From positions 2,666,001 through 2,730,000 of the forward strand of contig NEEC01000009.1 of assembly GCA_002189035.1 (NCBI GenBank): a DNA stretch of 64,000 bases, written 5' to 3'. Made by a program: the position numbers and the translations under genes. This document shows, in pieces, positions 1-14,060 of the stretch. How positions within the stretch are numbered: position 1 is the stretch's first letter; every line of letters begins with the position of its first letter. The notes beneath the pieces are model-generated. The model had not been told where the DNA came from and made no database searches. It saw only the letters and a program-made list of their open reading frames with translations. Source of the stretch: Utricularia gibba. Lineage: Eukaryota > Plantae > Magnoliophyta.

Positions 1-3000
1 AAAGGCATGCTTTGTGACAAGATCACTGTCACAGTTCCCATTTTTTATTTTGTGATCGTGATGGACACCTCTGCCTGCTGATGGTACGGAATTATTATAT
101 GATGTCCCAGTATTGGATACCTTCGGTTTTAGTTTACCACGTTTCTTTGTCTTGCTGCTCCCCATAGCAACGCCATTTGTATGCCCATGAATTTTGTCCA
201 TCTTAAATGATTCCGTTTCTTCGACACCCTCAGCAAACGAAGCAAAATTATCATCTTCAGGCAACCAATATGGTGAGCCAAGCTCCTTAAGGTGGCCCAT
301 GGTCAATATGAACCTGTGGCCTTGAGGACACTCATGTTCAAATCCAACATATATGGAATCATGCTCCATTGAAATGTTCCTGGTCATTTTATCAACACCA
401 TTCATATTTGCAGGCGAAAATTTGTTGCTAATGCCGGTTTCTTGCCATGCTCTGTCAACCACAGTGGCCCTTTCGAATTTCCCAGAGCCTTGATTAGGAG
501 TGCTGCTGCTATGTTTCTCCATAACAAAAACTTGTGCACCCTGCAGCCCTACACCTTCTTTGCTGGCACCTACAGGAGACTTCCTATCCAAGAGTATACG
601 AAATGCTGAATTTGAAGCCGCAGGTCCAGCAACTACTTCAGCAAATGGTTTCCTCATTGTAAAGTTAGATACCGCCTTGGTGACAGAACCATCATTACTA
701 GTCTTTTGATTGATATCAGAGATCCTAAGCTTTCTTCCTAAGGCATCATCCACTGCACCAGCACCTACAGGAGCAGCATCAAATGAACGTGACCCCACAT
801 CATCAACAATTTCAACTTTGCTCATGGTGTCCCTTTCCATGCAGGGTTGCTGGGACGCAAATTTTGGTGAATGACTTGATTCATTAAGCTTCCCAAGATT
901 CAGAGTCCAACATTGAAGAAAATTCTGATTTTGACAAAAGCCGCTCTGCAGCAACCCCTTGGATGGTTTGTAGTACTTTGCACTACCAATACGAACTAAA
1001 CTCCATGGCAGTGGTTGTACATGCCCATCACATTTGGGCTCCGGCATTTGAATGGACGACAGAAATTGATCACATTCTGAAAATACACTGTATGTAACAT
1101 TTGCATTTTCGAAATCGAAGGGGTCAGGTCTCAGTTGTCTGGAACGACCACAAGCGCATGCATGGAGATACATGTATCCACTTGAATGAGGATTTCCTCC
1201 ATCATCAGGGGTATTATGCCTCTGATGGATGCAAGGTTTGTCAGTCAGACTGACTGCATCGCATAGCTGCCTTCCAGAAGTCCAAATAGAAGTACATTCA
1301 TCCTGCAATTTTGTAAGAAAAAGAGGCACAGATGGCCCCTTTACTATGGAGGAAAACGCATATAAGGCCCTCTTTAAATGCTCTTCATGTTGAGGACTAG
1401 GATAGAATGGGGAAGGTTATCCAAATAGACCTCCCTGGCAAGTGGATAAGACTTTTCACACCACCAAGTCGAAAATCTGGTGCTCAGCCCACTGCATTTC
1501 TTCATATGGGATATAGCCAATTCGTATGGTTCAGAAGATCCCAAACTTTCCCTTGATGCTAACACAAAACCTTCTTTCCCTGCCTTGCTAGATTCAACAG
1601 AACAAGATAAATCAGAATTGGATGACAATATTCTTTGCAAGATAACAAGAGAATAAGATGACCACGTATCAAAAGTGGGAAGGTCAGGATTAGTCACAAC
1701 GTTTCCAGATGAAGCTGGCATAGAAGGCACTGCAGAGGCTGAGGCAGCAGCGGCAGCAGCAGCAGCTACTATGCCACCACCCAGAGCAGAGGTTGTGCTG
1801 CTACTAGTAACCAAACCACCTTTGCCTCTCAAAAGACCAGACTGCCGTAAGATGAAATCCTTAATAGAGGCAACATCCTCTTTGTTAGTATTCTGTAGAT
1901 GGCTTCCAGTCAAAAGAGACTCCAGTGTTGTTTTTCCCTTCAATACTTCATCAACCAGGTGAACTGTAAAGTCAAGAGCTTCACCACTTTGAATTGAAAA
2001 AATATCTACAAGAGAAACGGCTCTTGATGCATCAAGAACAAACAAAGGGGCTGAAGAAGCAATAGCTCCACCCCTAACCCCAGGGTGACCACTTTCAAAA
2101 TTTGAAAGTGTTCGGCACTTCTTCATTGAAAATCGAATTTGTGCCTCGAGGGAAGATTGCAATTTCTTTTTAAAACCACCAACAGAATTCACAGCAGATT
2201 GTGATAGCATCATAGCTGGCTGAGGTCCCTTGGGAGTCGAGGATGGCCTAGTTGAAGTGCTCAAATTCGAATGTGCAGAGTTCCCTAATGTCTCTTCCAT
2301 ATTTCGACCATGCTGTGACTCATTGAAATCATCCAAAAAACAAAAAGCATAACCGGAGCATTTAGACTGGGTGAGGAAGCTGTCTGAGAACCTGACAGCA
2401 TAGTTAGGCCAGTTGAATCCTTTCTACTCAGTATCATTCGACCCCTAGACTGAGAAGGCTTGTCAGGCGATTCATTCAAAGCAAATGTTCTTGAATTAGC
2501 AGAAGAATGTGGGTGGGACACATTCTTTGGTCTTATAAATGGTGCAATTTTCAATTTAGCAGTTTGCAACACTCTAAACCTTTTCAACATTTGCATATCA
2601 AATCGAGATCCCTCTTGAATAAAAATCACTATGTGGCATACCTGCACAGACAAATAACACATTATTTCATAAACCATTCAAAAGGTCCCTATTGAACACA
2701 GAGTTCATTAATTAAGTTTATGCATACACTTGACGCATGGGAAAACACCTAAAACAAAAACTTGAGAGAAGAGAATGTGAATGAGTTGAGCTTACCAGGA
2801 ACATAAAAAGCAAGCCTTGAAGATCCGAAAATTCATGTTCATCCGTTAAGGGTTCAGACTCAAGACTGGTATCAAACAGTTCACCATCAGAAGAATACTG
2901 TAAATACACAAACCCCTGCTTGTCGTCATAATACCAACTCAAATTCCTGCCCTCAAGCCACTTCTTTACATCCTGATTAAATTTTTCTGGGTCAAATTGA

Positions 3001-3502
3001 AATGGAGTATCCAATCTCCCAGAGCCAAAGACATGACAATCAACTGTTTTGTTGATTAAGTGTGCAACATCATGGTGGTGTTTGCCAATGAATCCCACCA
3101 CTATAATACCGTTCTCAGAAGAACCCCCAGCTACGGCCTTGCCATTGAATCCTTCAGCTCCATGACTTGAGTTATCGTGCGAAGATTTTGTGGTGATGAA
3201 TGTGTTGTTAGCTATTACTACCTTGAACGGTTCCTGGAAGTTGTCACATGATTGTTTCACATAATAATGTACGACATTATCAAGTACTTCCAAGTGAAAA
3301 GCTTCAGACTTTGGATTTTGAAAAAAAAAAAAAAGCTTCAGACTTTGCTACAAAGTAATTTAAATTAAAACAATGCTCTGAAAAGTAGCATGTGAAACCA
3401 AGAAGAAACAATCTAATTCGAATGGGCAGTCAACCTATTGAAGATTACCTTTCCTTCTCCAATACCCGGGCAACTAGGCACACCTTCCATTGATACATCC
3501 AT
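1..3502 (-). CDS. SMG8: SMG8-like nonsense-mediated decay factor, 3' end beyond window. Inferred exons 3502-3449, 3233-2796, 2641-<1; two apparent -1 frameshifts (A6 at 2335-2340, G4 at 1409-1412)
   Basis: Plant SMG8-type motifs IIVVGFIG, HEFSDLQGLLFMF|VCHIVIFIQEGSRFD, RQLCDAVSLT.KPCIHQRH, NFTMRKPFAEVVAG and YVGFEHECPQGHRFIL; frame from about 1408 stays open to position 1; GT-AG junctions keep phase. The start exon is inferred from phase only. Confidence 0.8.
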
Positions 3503-4584
3503 GACATGAGAAGGAATCTGGGGTTTATAAATTTCACATTTACAAAATCACGGAATGCCAAATTAGAGCAAATGCAAAAAAAATGACAGAAGGCCAAAGA
3601 TAAAACAATGCAACTTAGGACTCCACCATGGTTCCAAAGCATACCCGAACATGAACTCCATATTGGTATTCCAAAATTTCTCACTTTAGAAGCAAGTTAT
3701 CATAAAAAAAAAACATAAACCCAGCTGCAATAGCAACACAGAACACACCAAACACTGGTCCAGTGTCATAAAAAAAACACCCCAACACCTCAAATGTACT
3801 CCGTGGCTAGCAACGATGGAATTCCGACTCCCACGCGGTGCTGAAACTGAAGTAGGTGAACATCAACTTACACAAGACTCCCACAGCATCACAAATGAAA
3901 ATCTTTTTGATGAAAATACTACATCAAAAATTAGGTTGAATTCCAAGTTCCGGACACAAATCAGCGATTTTACCTGCTCCCTCCCGACCACCTCTTCACA
4001 AGACGGCACAGGAATCACGAACCTCGGAGTTCCTGGTTCCCCATAATTCCTCGTACCCAACTTCTGAGCAGAGGAGCCCGGAAAGAATTACGTTTCTTTT
4101 TTGCGTAAATTAGGTTAGGTTGGATTCCAAACAAATTTTTTATAAAAAAATGATTGAAAGAAAAATAAAGTATTTTTCAGAAAATTAAGGAGAACCAACT
4201 ATTCAAATATTTTTAGTTACCGAACCGCACAAAAACATTTTTTTATTTTTTATGATAAAAAAATTAAAATACTTAATTATGAAAACAGCATTTAAATAAT
4301 ATTTACTCATAGAGCTATATAAAAAACGAACAAATTTTATATTTACATCCATTTAAATTATTAAATATATTAATAGATTTCATTCGAAATTCTGGTTTTT
4401 CGATTAAGAGATAAGACAAGAGGGCCATTCCGTCTTTTTGATACATGACACCGGGCAACTGAAACGGGCAGTTGAACGGCGGCACTACACCACAGTGAGA
4501 AGTTCTACGGCGGCGGCAATTCAAGAAACCTATCGATCAAACCTATTCATCACTCAAAAACACAACAACACGTACCAAGTCCTA

Positions 4585-7500
4585 CTAGTAGCCGTAGTTT
4601 GCACCGTAAAAATCACCCGTCGGAGCATACCCTTGCGTCGCAAGGTTGTTGGATGGTGCAGATGAAGAGGAATAAGGTGGACCATGAGACGAGTAGGGGT
4701 TGAGAACTTGGGTTGCGGCGGCGCCGCCGGGGATGTTCTGGGCATTGTTTACGGCATCAGCAATCGAGTTCTGTGCACCAAAATGAAGATCATCATTACG
4801 GTAGTGTGGGGTGCAGGATGAAGCAGCTGCCAGCAAGGGAGTACTTGGAAAAAAAAAAGAGATTGAAGGTGGATGGGAGTACTTGAATCAGTTGCTGAGC
4901 AGCTTGAACTTGTGAAGAAGAGCCATCAATTTCAACGGTCATCTCGCCAGGAACGCCTCTTGTTTCCTGAATCGCTATAGTGGCACCACTAGCACGCCGG
5001 ATGTAGCTGATGTTTGCACCATTCATGCCAATGATCACATCTGCATATAAAAGTGGAATTTGCATATTCTGGGTGACCTGCAGCGGAAGATTGATATGAA
5101 GGTCGTTAATGCACAGATAAGAAATGATTGATATGCACCCATGATTTTATCAGGGACAATCATATAGGCATTATGATGGAAAGATAGAAAAATATAGGCT
5201 CACCTTGGCAATCACGGCCTGTTGTGGCTGCATGCTAGGTGCGGTAATTCCAGAATCCCTCAGATAATTAGGTGGGACTCGAGACTGCATGCCTAAGGGA
5301 GAAATCTCAGAAGGGTAATTGTCAAACTGACGTGCAAGAGGATGGCCACCATGATTCAGAGGGAATGATGGGGAGGCGGACCCCAAGATTGAGACATCAG
5401 AGGTTCTCGAACACCAGGACGTTGCATCTACTCAAAAAATGTCAAACAGAGGTTCAATAAGTATGGGTAACAGATGTATCACTATGTGGATAATTCGTTA
5501 TCTGAAACTTGCCAGCATTTCAAACACTCCGATGATGCTTCGATCTACCAAGAATTTCCGAAGATGTGCGGCAATTAATTCAAGTGCTTTCTGCACACCA
5601 GCAGGTTCTCCGTGAATCTCTACGATGCTATCATCAGGCAGAGCGAACACAGGCAAGTTCTCTGCATAGAAGAGAGCTGAACAGAGTGAGATTGTTCTCA
5701 TTTATGTAACCAAGATTTATACAAACCACCTCATAGTTAATTACTTGAGTCGGAATTTGGTGAAATGCCTGCCTAATGCAGGTTAAATAGGCATAGCTGA
5801 ATTTTTAACTCATATAAAGAAATGATATTACACGTTGCCCTCATGCTTTTAGAATAGCAGAAATATGTAATGGTGTAAATCATCCACTGAATAAGTAAAA
5901 TGCAAAATGGGATCCAAATTTTAGGACGCATACGCAACAAAACACTGAAGGGTTAAAAAGGAGGCTTATGCAGATAAAAAAAAAAAAAAAAGAGAGAGAT
6001 GATAGATCAGCAATCAGTAAAATGCAAAATGAAATTCATCCCCCGTTCATTTGCAAAGAGAGAAAACATTTTTTGCACTCTCAAAAAAAAATTGGGTATT
6101 TGATAGCATGCTTACGTTCACCAAGAATTCTAATAGTACAGTGTGAATCATCCTGGATAGATTTTACTACGGCGCCCTGCTTCCCAATCAAGCTTCCCGC
6201 TTGAAGGCCTGCTACAAGGAGCCTTGTGCATATCTTTCCATTCCCAGCAATGGGTACATCTGTATCTGTTTCAATAATGTGTTTATGAATCTTTAGCAGA
6301 CCATCCACAGCAGGTGGATTAAGAAGATCCGGTTCCTCTTTTCCTGAAACAAGTACCTGAAAAGACACGAATCTGATAAGCCATGTGCAACCAGTAAGAT
6401 GCTTCTTCAACACAAACAAAAAGAACATTAAACAAACTTATATTTAATGACCAGGCACCAAATAACTTAATTTTTTTTAATCAACATTCCTTCATGGACT
6501 ACAAATGTTAGAATTGTGCTTGGAGCAGAATACCAACCAACACTTTCTTACAGAAAAGAAAAACCCGACCTCCATTATAGTATAGATGATAATAAAGATG
6601 GCAATGATAGCAATTTTACCAAAACCTAACTACAGGATTAAAAACTCACAAAATTATAAGCAGTCACCTAGCAAAAAATATCTATATTTTCATTGTTTTC
6701 AGTTCTTGTATCTAGTTATGAAATCATCCTGGTTTCGCAAATGTGTGGAGGAGGGGAGGGGCATTTTACCGGTTCTTATAATGATCAAATAAACTCTTCA
6801 CTGGTTTTAAATTGCAGAAAAACTTTAGTTCTTTCAGTTGGTAAAAGGTCCCGTTTGCCATTTTCAACCTCTAATGTACTTTCCACGGCAAATTTCAAAA
6901 ACTCGAGCAACACGCCAATGTACCAAGTTCTCAAGTTACAAGATATAGAGCAATGCCTCTTAGGTACAGATGTCTCTCAGTTTCCAATCTGAGGTGAAAT
7001 AATCAGATGACCAGTTCAGAAGGTGCAAAAGGTCAACATGGTATAGATTTCTCTTCATACACAATCTGAATAGGTAATCAGATGGCCACCAGAAAATGTA
7101 CTGTTTACCACTGAAAACGCTGCAGTCAGAAGCTTTACTCTTCAGGTTTGAAGCTACTTGAATGATTGAAATCTTGCTAAAACTTGCATATACCTGCATC
7201 CATTCATCTGATCACCATAATAAGAGATTTCTATCTTCAGAAACCTGATTGTCTTGATTTTAAGGGTGTGGGCAATTAACTACTATATTCTTTCCAGATA
7301 TATTAGCATTATCAAGGATAGGCTGTGGATACAACTATATTTGTTCGGAAAGATGTTCTTTCAATCTCCAAAGTCAAGAACGGTTGTGATATTCTCAAGT
7401 TTCGTTACTCCAGGGGTTATGTTTAAATAGAAATTTCCAACAATTTCATAATATATAAAATTTATTATTCCAGCAGAAATGGCAATCTATTCCACTATTA

Positions 7501-8102
7501 GAAAAATGCACAAGGTAACGATAGCACCTAAATCACCAAATACTGCAGCAGTTAACACACCTGAATCCAATCACCCACTATAAGAAGAAACGTAATGCAC
7601 CATGAAACAAATTAATTAAGAAGCACATGCAGAACCCTAAGAGCGTGATACCAGAAGGAAATCGATGATTTACTAGAAGCCCAAAGAGAGAATAAAAGGA
7701 GATTTTGATGCTCACTGTTCGTTCTGCAGAACCCGGTGGACCATCAAGAATTTTAATTCGAGCCTTCGTTTCCTCACAAATTTTCTTAATGTATTCTCCC
7801 TTACGGCCAATGATCCCACCAACCTTCTGCACAGGAACCACCAACCTAAACACATTCTCTCCAGGCCACCCAGGCCATCGTACTTTCTCAGCTGAAAAAT
7901 CATTTTTTTCACCGACTAATTCTTCATACGAATCAGTTTTTTCTGGAAAACTGTTATCCGGAGATGTACAGGTCTGGGGTATAAACTCTTCAGGTGGAGA
8001 ACTATCACGCTCGTTTTCTTCGGAAGGATGAAACTCCTCAGGAATGCTCTCTGTACCCGCAAAATCATTCAACTCTTGCACCTCAATATCTTCTTCGGCC
8101 AT
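4585..8102 (-). CDS. FLK: Triple KH-domain RNA-binding protein, FLK/PEPPER family (FLK-like); about 6 exons, -1 at G4 5370-5373
   Basis: [27 protein letters not shown] (KH1), [17 protein letters not shown] (KH2), [28 protein letters not shown] (KH3); C-terminus ...GANYGY*. Confidence 0.85.
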
Positions 8103-8782
8103 ATTCTGAAAGGCCGCCGACCATAAGGCTCAGAATAGAAACCAAAATTAACTAAACTTACAAAAAGATAAACCGTGAAGCCAAGTCACGGTGTCCGAAT
8201 CTATCTGAAACAATGCCAAATTGAGAAAGCATCTAAAAATCGAACTTCCAAGAAAGAGACCCCAGAAAGTGGTGCACAAAATTCAAATTTTTTTGGTTCT
8301 ACAAAACACAGATAACAGTGCAATCAACCATACAATAAAAACCCATAAACAAACGCATTCTGAATCCGAAAGGACGCCTCCGCTGACACATGTTCGCACA
8401 AGATGACAAAAAGCGAAGAAAGAAACCCTAAAAACACGCGAAACTACAAGAAGCACTCTAAATTTATGATGCAGAAACATGAACACTTACACAATCCCCC
8501 GTTCGACGTCTGGGATCACCAATCAGCCGCTCGCTGGATTGGAACAGCACGGCACCAGAAGCGGCGAGATGAAGCGGCCTGCTTACCCTCCGCTTTTACT
8601 CTCCTCCCACTTACCTGCTCCCGTTTCGTACTCCTTTTCTTTTTATAGAAAAAACATTTTTTCTTTTTTTTTTACCATAAAAAACATAATTTATTATTTA
8701 ATCAAAATATTATATTATAACATAATTTATTAAAAATAAAAGGTTTTAATTTTCAATATCTTACACAAAAAAGGGCAGTCAT

Positions 8783-10701
8783 CTAACTTATATCTGGAAT
8801 GGCATTGGGAAGGGAGCAGGGCAAAGATGGAGATGGCGACGCAGTAGACTTCCTCAGCCATTCCCTCTGCCTCTCATTAGCAAAGCAAAGCACAGTCTCT
8901 TCACATACTTGAAAGGTGGATGACGGCCGAGCCGGCTTGAACGTCTGTAGCTTCGAGTACTCCGTTAGCAGATGATACATGTAATCGTAGACACGATCCA
9001 TGTTCAGGGTTGCCATGAATTCCTGCGCTGCTCTCCCTATGGCCTCGGCCTGAGGTTATGTATGCAACGAGAGGTAATGAGAGGGAGCAGATGATCCAAA
9101 CAGGAGGAGTTTTTGTGAGGGTTGTATACCTCGTAGGAGTGTGTGTTGCCCCAATCAACTGCTGTTTTGATTTCATGGCAGATGTCGTAGGATGGGATCG
9201 GCAAGTAGTTCTTCTCAGGGATGAGGCCTCGGCTTAGGAAGTCTTGGTACTCGGGTGATATTATCAGAGGACATGATCCACAGGCTAAGATGTACTTCAA
9301 GCTTACAGACCAGGCATACCCTTCTGCATAGATCTTGTATCTGATAAGAACCAGGGATAAATGTTACAGAACGGTGCCAAAAAGAGCAGGCAACATGGAG
9401 CTCTGGAAGTTGTGAAATTTACCTGTAATCACATTGGGTTGCTAGCTTCGAGTCCTTGAAGCCTTCTCTTATTGCTGCGTCCCAGTCCTGACGATTGAGC
9501 AATGCTCCATGAACTTTTCTAACTACTCAAGAAACTGAACTAAAAAGCATCGTCTCCAAAAACATTATCTTTTTTGAAGTGATTGAATGCTTAAAATACG
9601 TTGAGAAGACAATTTGGTGCAGGAAAGGAAGGCAACATCTCCACTGCCAACTTTTTCTCCCAGAATTCATTAAAAGGGTACCTGAATCATGATCTGAGCC
9701 CTCCAGTTTCTAGAATGGTTGCACTGAAGAAGTTCCAATCTAATAGGAGATACGACACCGGGGTTGCCTTTCCAGTAAGCCAAGGGCCATTTCCTTCCCC
9801 AGCTTCTTCTCTTAGATCCTTGCTTAATGCTCTGAAACTCCTCATCCCATGGCGCAATGTTGATTTCTGACCTGTCTTCAAGCAACACTCAAACTTCAAC
9901 TGATTACAAAAACCAAATATCAAAGGAAATGCAAGCAAAACGTGGATCTTTACCATCCCCAAAAGGACCAATCAGGGAAAGGAATGTCCAAGTGATCCGG
10001 TGAAGTACAGTACCGGAAAAGCGGCAGAAGCTTAGAAGTATCGTCGGTTCTATTAATTGTGGGCTTATCCATACAATCGAACATCAAATCGACGTCGGGA
10101 ATCATTCCCGGAAACCGCCGCAGGAGCTGGAGAAACCCCCAAACCGTAAACATCGCGCGGCTCTGTACGCAAGCGTAGTAGAATTCAACGTACAGTTTCC
10201 CACTAATTATCACCACCCGAAAAGCCGCCCATTGCTTTGCCGCCATTACGTGGTCAATCGAAATCTTGGAATCTGCCCACGGTTCCAAATCATGAAAAAT
10301 GCTCCCGAAGAAATCAGGACACTGCATCGCCGACTGATCGGGCTTAAAATCGACGGTTTCCGCAGTGCGATTGCAGGATAAATAGATGCATTTGAACATC
10401 GTGGAAGCGGTGGAGTATTTCGAAACGGGTTCACGTATTTCGGCGGGGAAAATGTGCCATGGAGTGGGCTCGAGGTTATGCCCAGCAATCGTCTTCGTTT
10501 GGGTGATGAAACTGAACACCTTCAATCGTCGAACGAGAATCAATCACATAAATGACGTTAATGCACGAAAAAAAAACATTGAAGTAAACTCACCTGGAAG
10601 AGCAGGAGCAACGGTAAGCCACAGAGAGCGATGAGAAGAAGGGGACGAGGGACGAAATCCAGGGCGCGGGCCTGGCCCCGGACTGTGGAGAAAAGCCGCA
10701 T
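8783..10701 (-). CDS. Glycosyltransferase family 90 (CAP10/Rumi-like) type II membrane protein, 6 exons
   Basis: MRLFSTV...LLLLFQ|VFSFITQTKTIAGHNLEPTPWH, PDVDLMFDCMDKP, DIPFPDWSFWGW, AYWKGNP, YKIYAEGYAWSVSLKYILAC, MDRVYDYMYHLLTEYSKL; all junctions GT-AG and in phase. Confidence 0.9.
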
Positions 10702-11020
10702 CGGAGAAGGCTCGTCGGAGAGATTCTGCCTCCGATGAATCAGAAGAATACCGTTGGGTGGCCACGCCTGGCGAGTTCATAGGACATGGAAAACAAACTT
10801 GAAGGCGCAGCATAACAGAAAAAGGCCGTACTGCGGAATTATTTAATATTTACAAAAAACAAATTCCCCAAAAAATTATTAATAATATTCCAAATATTTC
10901 CAAATAAAAAGTCTAACTAAAAGATTATCTGACATGACATGCATTAAAAAAAAATACGATTTTGATTTTATAAATATAAAATAAAAAACTTAAAAACGAA
11001 AATAAAATAGCAGCCATTCA

Positions 11021-11047
11021 GACGTCATAAAGATGCAGGTGACGTCA
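11021..11047. promoter_or_regulatory. Two GACGTCA (bZIP C-box/as-1-like) motifs 20 bp apart in the 440 bp divergent promoter between GT90 and the FIT-like gene
   Basis: GACGTCA at 11021-11027 and 11041-11047. Confidence 0.35.
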
Positions 11048-11139
11048 TGCTTCACGCAGAATAAAAATATAAAAGTCAACCACAGAAAGCTGAAATGGGA
11101 GGAGTGAGCTCCTAACGCCAAAGTTACAGCAAGAGAAAA

Positions 11140-12235
11140 ATGAAGGAGGCTGCAGGTTTCGAGAACGGAACCACCGATGACGATCCTTTCTGGGACTTGG
11201 ACTTCACGCCGGAGGACAGCTTCGAGTGTGTCGACGACGTTTTGACGGCCGGAGATTGTTTTCTTTCCCCGGCGGCGTTGTCCGGGACCGGCTCCTCGCC
11301 GCAGGACGAAGGGGGAGCCATCGACGAATTGTTACCCACTCGAGCGTCGAAGACCACGAAGAAGAAGAAGAAGGTATGCGAGAGAACCCATCGATCGAGA
11401 AGTTCGGCGACGGAGTGCCGACGGAGGAGCAGAATGAGAGATGATCTCTATGTTCTGCGTTCCTTAGTGCCCAACATCACCAAGGTAATTCTCTGGTCAA
11501 ATTAACCAGGCATCTCCCTTCTTCCAAAACCCTGTGTTGCTCACTGCAGATGGACAAAGCTTCGATAGTCGGGGATGCAATACTGTACTTGCAAGAACTG
11601 CAGATGCAGGCAAATGACCTCAGGGTGGAGATCTCTACCCTTGAAGCATGTAATGTATTCCCACCATCACTCGGTCGCCTTGCCAAGAACTACTCACCAT
11701 CTCTACATCCCATTAACAGCAAAATCTACCAGGTAACATTCCAAGGTTTTTCCACACAGTAGATGAACGGCAATCATATCAGTTGAATTCGCAACGTGAA
11801 GAAACTTCAGTAGGTTTAGGATGGATGATGAAGTTATCTTCTTGTTGTTGATGGGTATTTTGTGGGGCTGCGGATTGCAGATTGATGTAGTTCCGATATC
11901 GAAAACCGAGTACTACGCGAGAATCCTGTCGAGCAGAGGAAAATGCGTAGCTGCATTTCTCCACAAGGCCCTCCATTCACTCACGAGTATAAGTATCCAG
12001 GCTTCTCAGCTGGCTGCCTCCCAAGACAAGTACTCCTTCACTCTCACCTTCACAGTAAGCGTTTTCATATCTCTCTCGCGCTCTGCCGGTTCAATTCTGC
12101 TCTCTATCTCTTTCTCTGTAGGTTATCGGTACAACTGTGCAGGTGAATGAAGGGGAAGTGGAAGGAGGGCCACGATACTTGAAGCTTTGGCTTGGAAGTG
12201 CCCTCGTGCTCGAGGGGTTCGAGGTTGAGTTGTAA
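11140..12235 (+). CDS. FIT: FIT/FER-like bHLH transcription factor with C-terminal ACT-like domain; exons 11140-11484, 11550-11732, 11881-12054, 12143-12235; 264 aa
   Basis: LYVLRSLVPNITK|MDKASIVGDAILYLQELQ, KALHSLTS, LKLWLGSALVLEGFE match the FIT/FER architecture; all exon lengths are multiples of 3. Confidence 0.8.
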
Positions 12236-12502
12236 GTTTGTTCAGTATATCATACAAATGAAAATAAAATATTTAAATTTATAAGAAATTATAAATCATT
12301 ATAATATATCGAATACTATATTTTATAATATGATACAGTTTATTTGAAATTAATGTATACTCGTTTCATATTATTAAATAGATCTCATATTTCATACCAC
12401 AACAAACCCATAATCTGGATACTTGGGGAATAAGACAGGAAGAACAGCAGAAACTAAAGCATCAAACTGCAACACACTGTAACAAATGACCAAACTCGGA
12501 AA

Positions 12503-13474
12503 TCAATCCTCAGAACTCGGGATGGGCTCATGGGAGTGGATGATGAAAAACACTTCATACACGATTCCCGCGAGCGCACCGCCGATCAGTGGCCCCGCCC
12601 AGTAAATCCAGTGGTTTGCCCACTTGGATGTCACGAGAGCCGGGCCAAACGCCAGCGCGGGGTTCAGGGCCGCGCCGGTGAAAGCTCCGCCTGCGAGGAC
12701 GCTTGCTCCGACGATCAGCCCGATTGCCAGGGGACCCAGGATTCCGATCTCGCCTTTCTTAGGGTCCACCGCGGTGGCGTAGACGGTGTACACGAGCGCG
12801 AATGTAAGAACAATCTCGAAGACGAAGGCGCTCCAAATCGACACGCCGGTGACTGCGAACGTGGGCACTTCCTGTGAAGTTGTAGTTCAATAAATACGTA
12901 TTATTAAAAAAAGTTAAATACGTAAAATACTCAATGCCTATTAATAAAAAAAGGCATTATTTTTCCAACAAAATGATATTTCAAGCTAAATATTAAATCA
13001 TTTTATTACAAAAAATATATATTTACTAATATCACAGATCAGATATTTGAATAATAATTAATTTTTGATAAGTTGACGAACCTGGCCACCAGTGGTAAAC
13101 ACGAGGAGGCCGGCGCCGGCGACGGATCCAAGAAGCTGAGCGATGATATACAAAATGCCGCGGAAGAAGGTGACGTTACCGCCTACGAAGAGGCCGAAGG
13201 TGACCGCAGGGTTGACGTGGCCACCGGAGACGTTAGCGCTGACGGCCACAGCAACGAAGTAGCTGAAGGCGTAACCGATGGCGGAGGAAACGAGGCCGCT
13301 TCCGGTGAGCTTGCTGTAAGCTATCCCGGAGCCGGAGGCAGCGAAGACGAATATGAGGGTGCTGATGAATTCGGCCACGGCCGCCTTCACGACTCCGGGC
13401 CGCCGGAACTCATCGCGGTTCCCGACCGCGATGCGGCGAAGCGGGACGTTGAAGTAGTCGTTGCCGCCGGGCAT
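12503..13474 (-). CDS. TIP1: Tonoplast aquaporin TIP1, divergent copy A; exons 13474-13082 and 12871-12503 (stop probably 12510 if one G is missing at 12519-12521)
   Basis: Two NPA boxes ([25 protein letters not shown]), [24 protein letters not shown]. Confidence 0.9.
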
Positions 13475-14060
13475 TATGGAAATGGACAAGGATCGATCTG
13501 CGGTATGATATCGTGTGAGTGGAATGAAGCCATGAGTCTGCTCCTTATAAGCATGTGCACTACTCCCACTTTTATTAAAATATATTTTAAAAATATAAAT
13601 TATATCCAATAAAATAATACTGATAAAAAAATCTAATATGATAATGTGTTACTGAATTTGAATCCATTTAAATTATAAATGTATTAAAATTCATTATTAT
13701 TGATAAGAAATACGTAGCTGTACATTTTCATATAGTTCTTTTAAAATATCATTTTCATTATTCGTCCAATAAATTGTTTTAAATTTCGACGAAATTTTGT
13801 CAAAATCTCAACAAATTTTGGATTTCAGATTTATTCGGTATTACGGAGATTTGTTTATTTGTTCGTAATTTCATTTTTGGAATGAAGTTTGGAATTCGAA
13901 GATTAGATCCAAGTTTCTACTTTAGAACAAGCATTTTCGACCTAAGTAGAAATAATGTTACGGGGCGACAGGTACACTTGCTGCATTTGAACAAATGGGG
14001 CACATGGTATGTATGATTCGCCATGCTTAGCTGGGTGTTAGTACTTATCCATTACGCATG

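Noticed and set aside
1-3502. SMG8 as a pseudogene
   Set aside because: Both breaks are -1 in homopolymers with no other decay over more than 3 kb of coding sequence.
6960-7215. Possible cassette or poison exon in FLK-like intron 1 (79-aa ORF, CAG|GTATAT donor)
   Set aside because: No convincing acceptor or homology; cannot support without RNA data.
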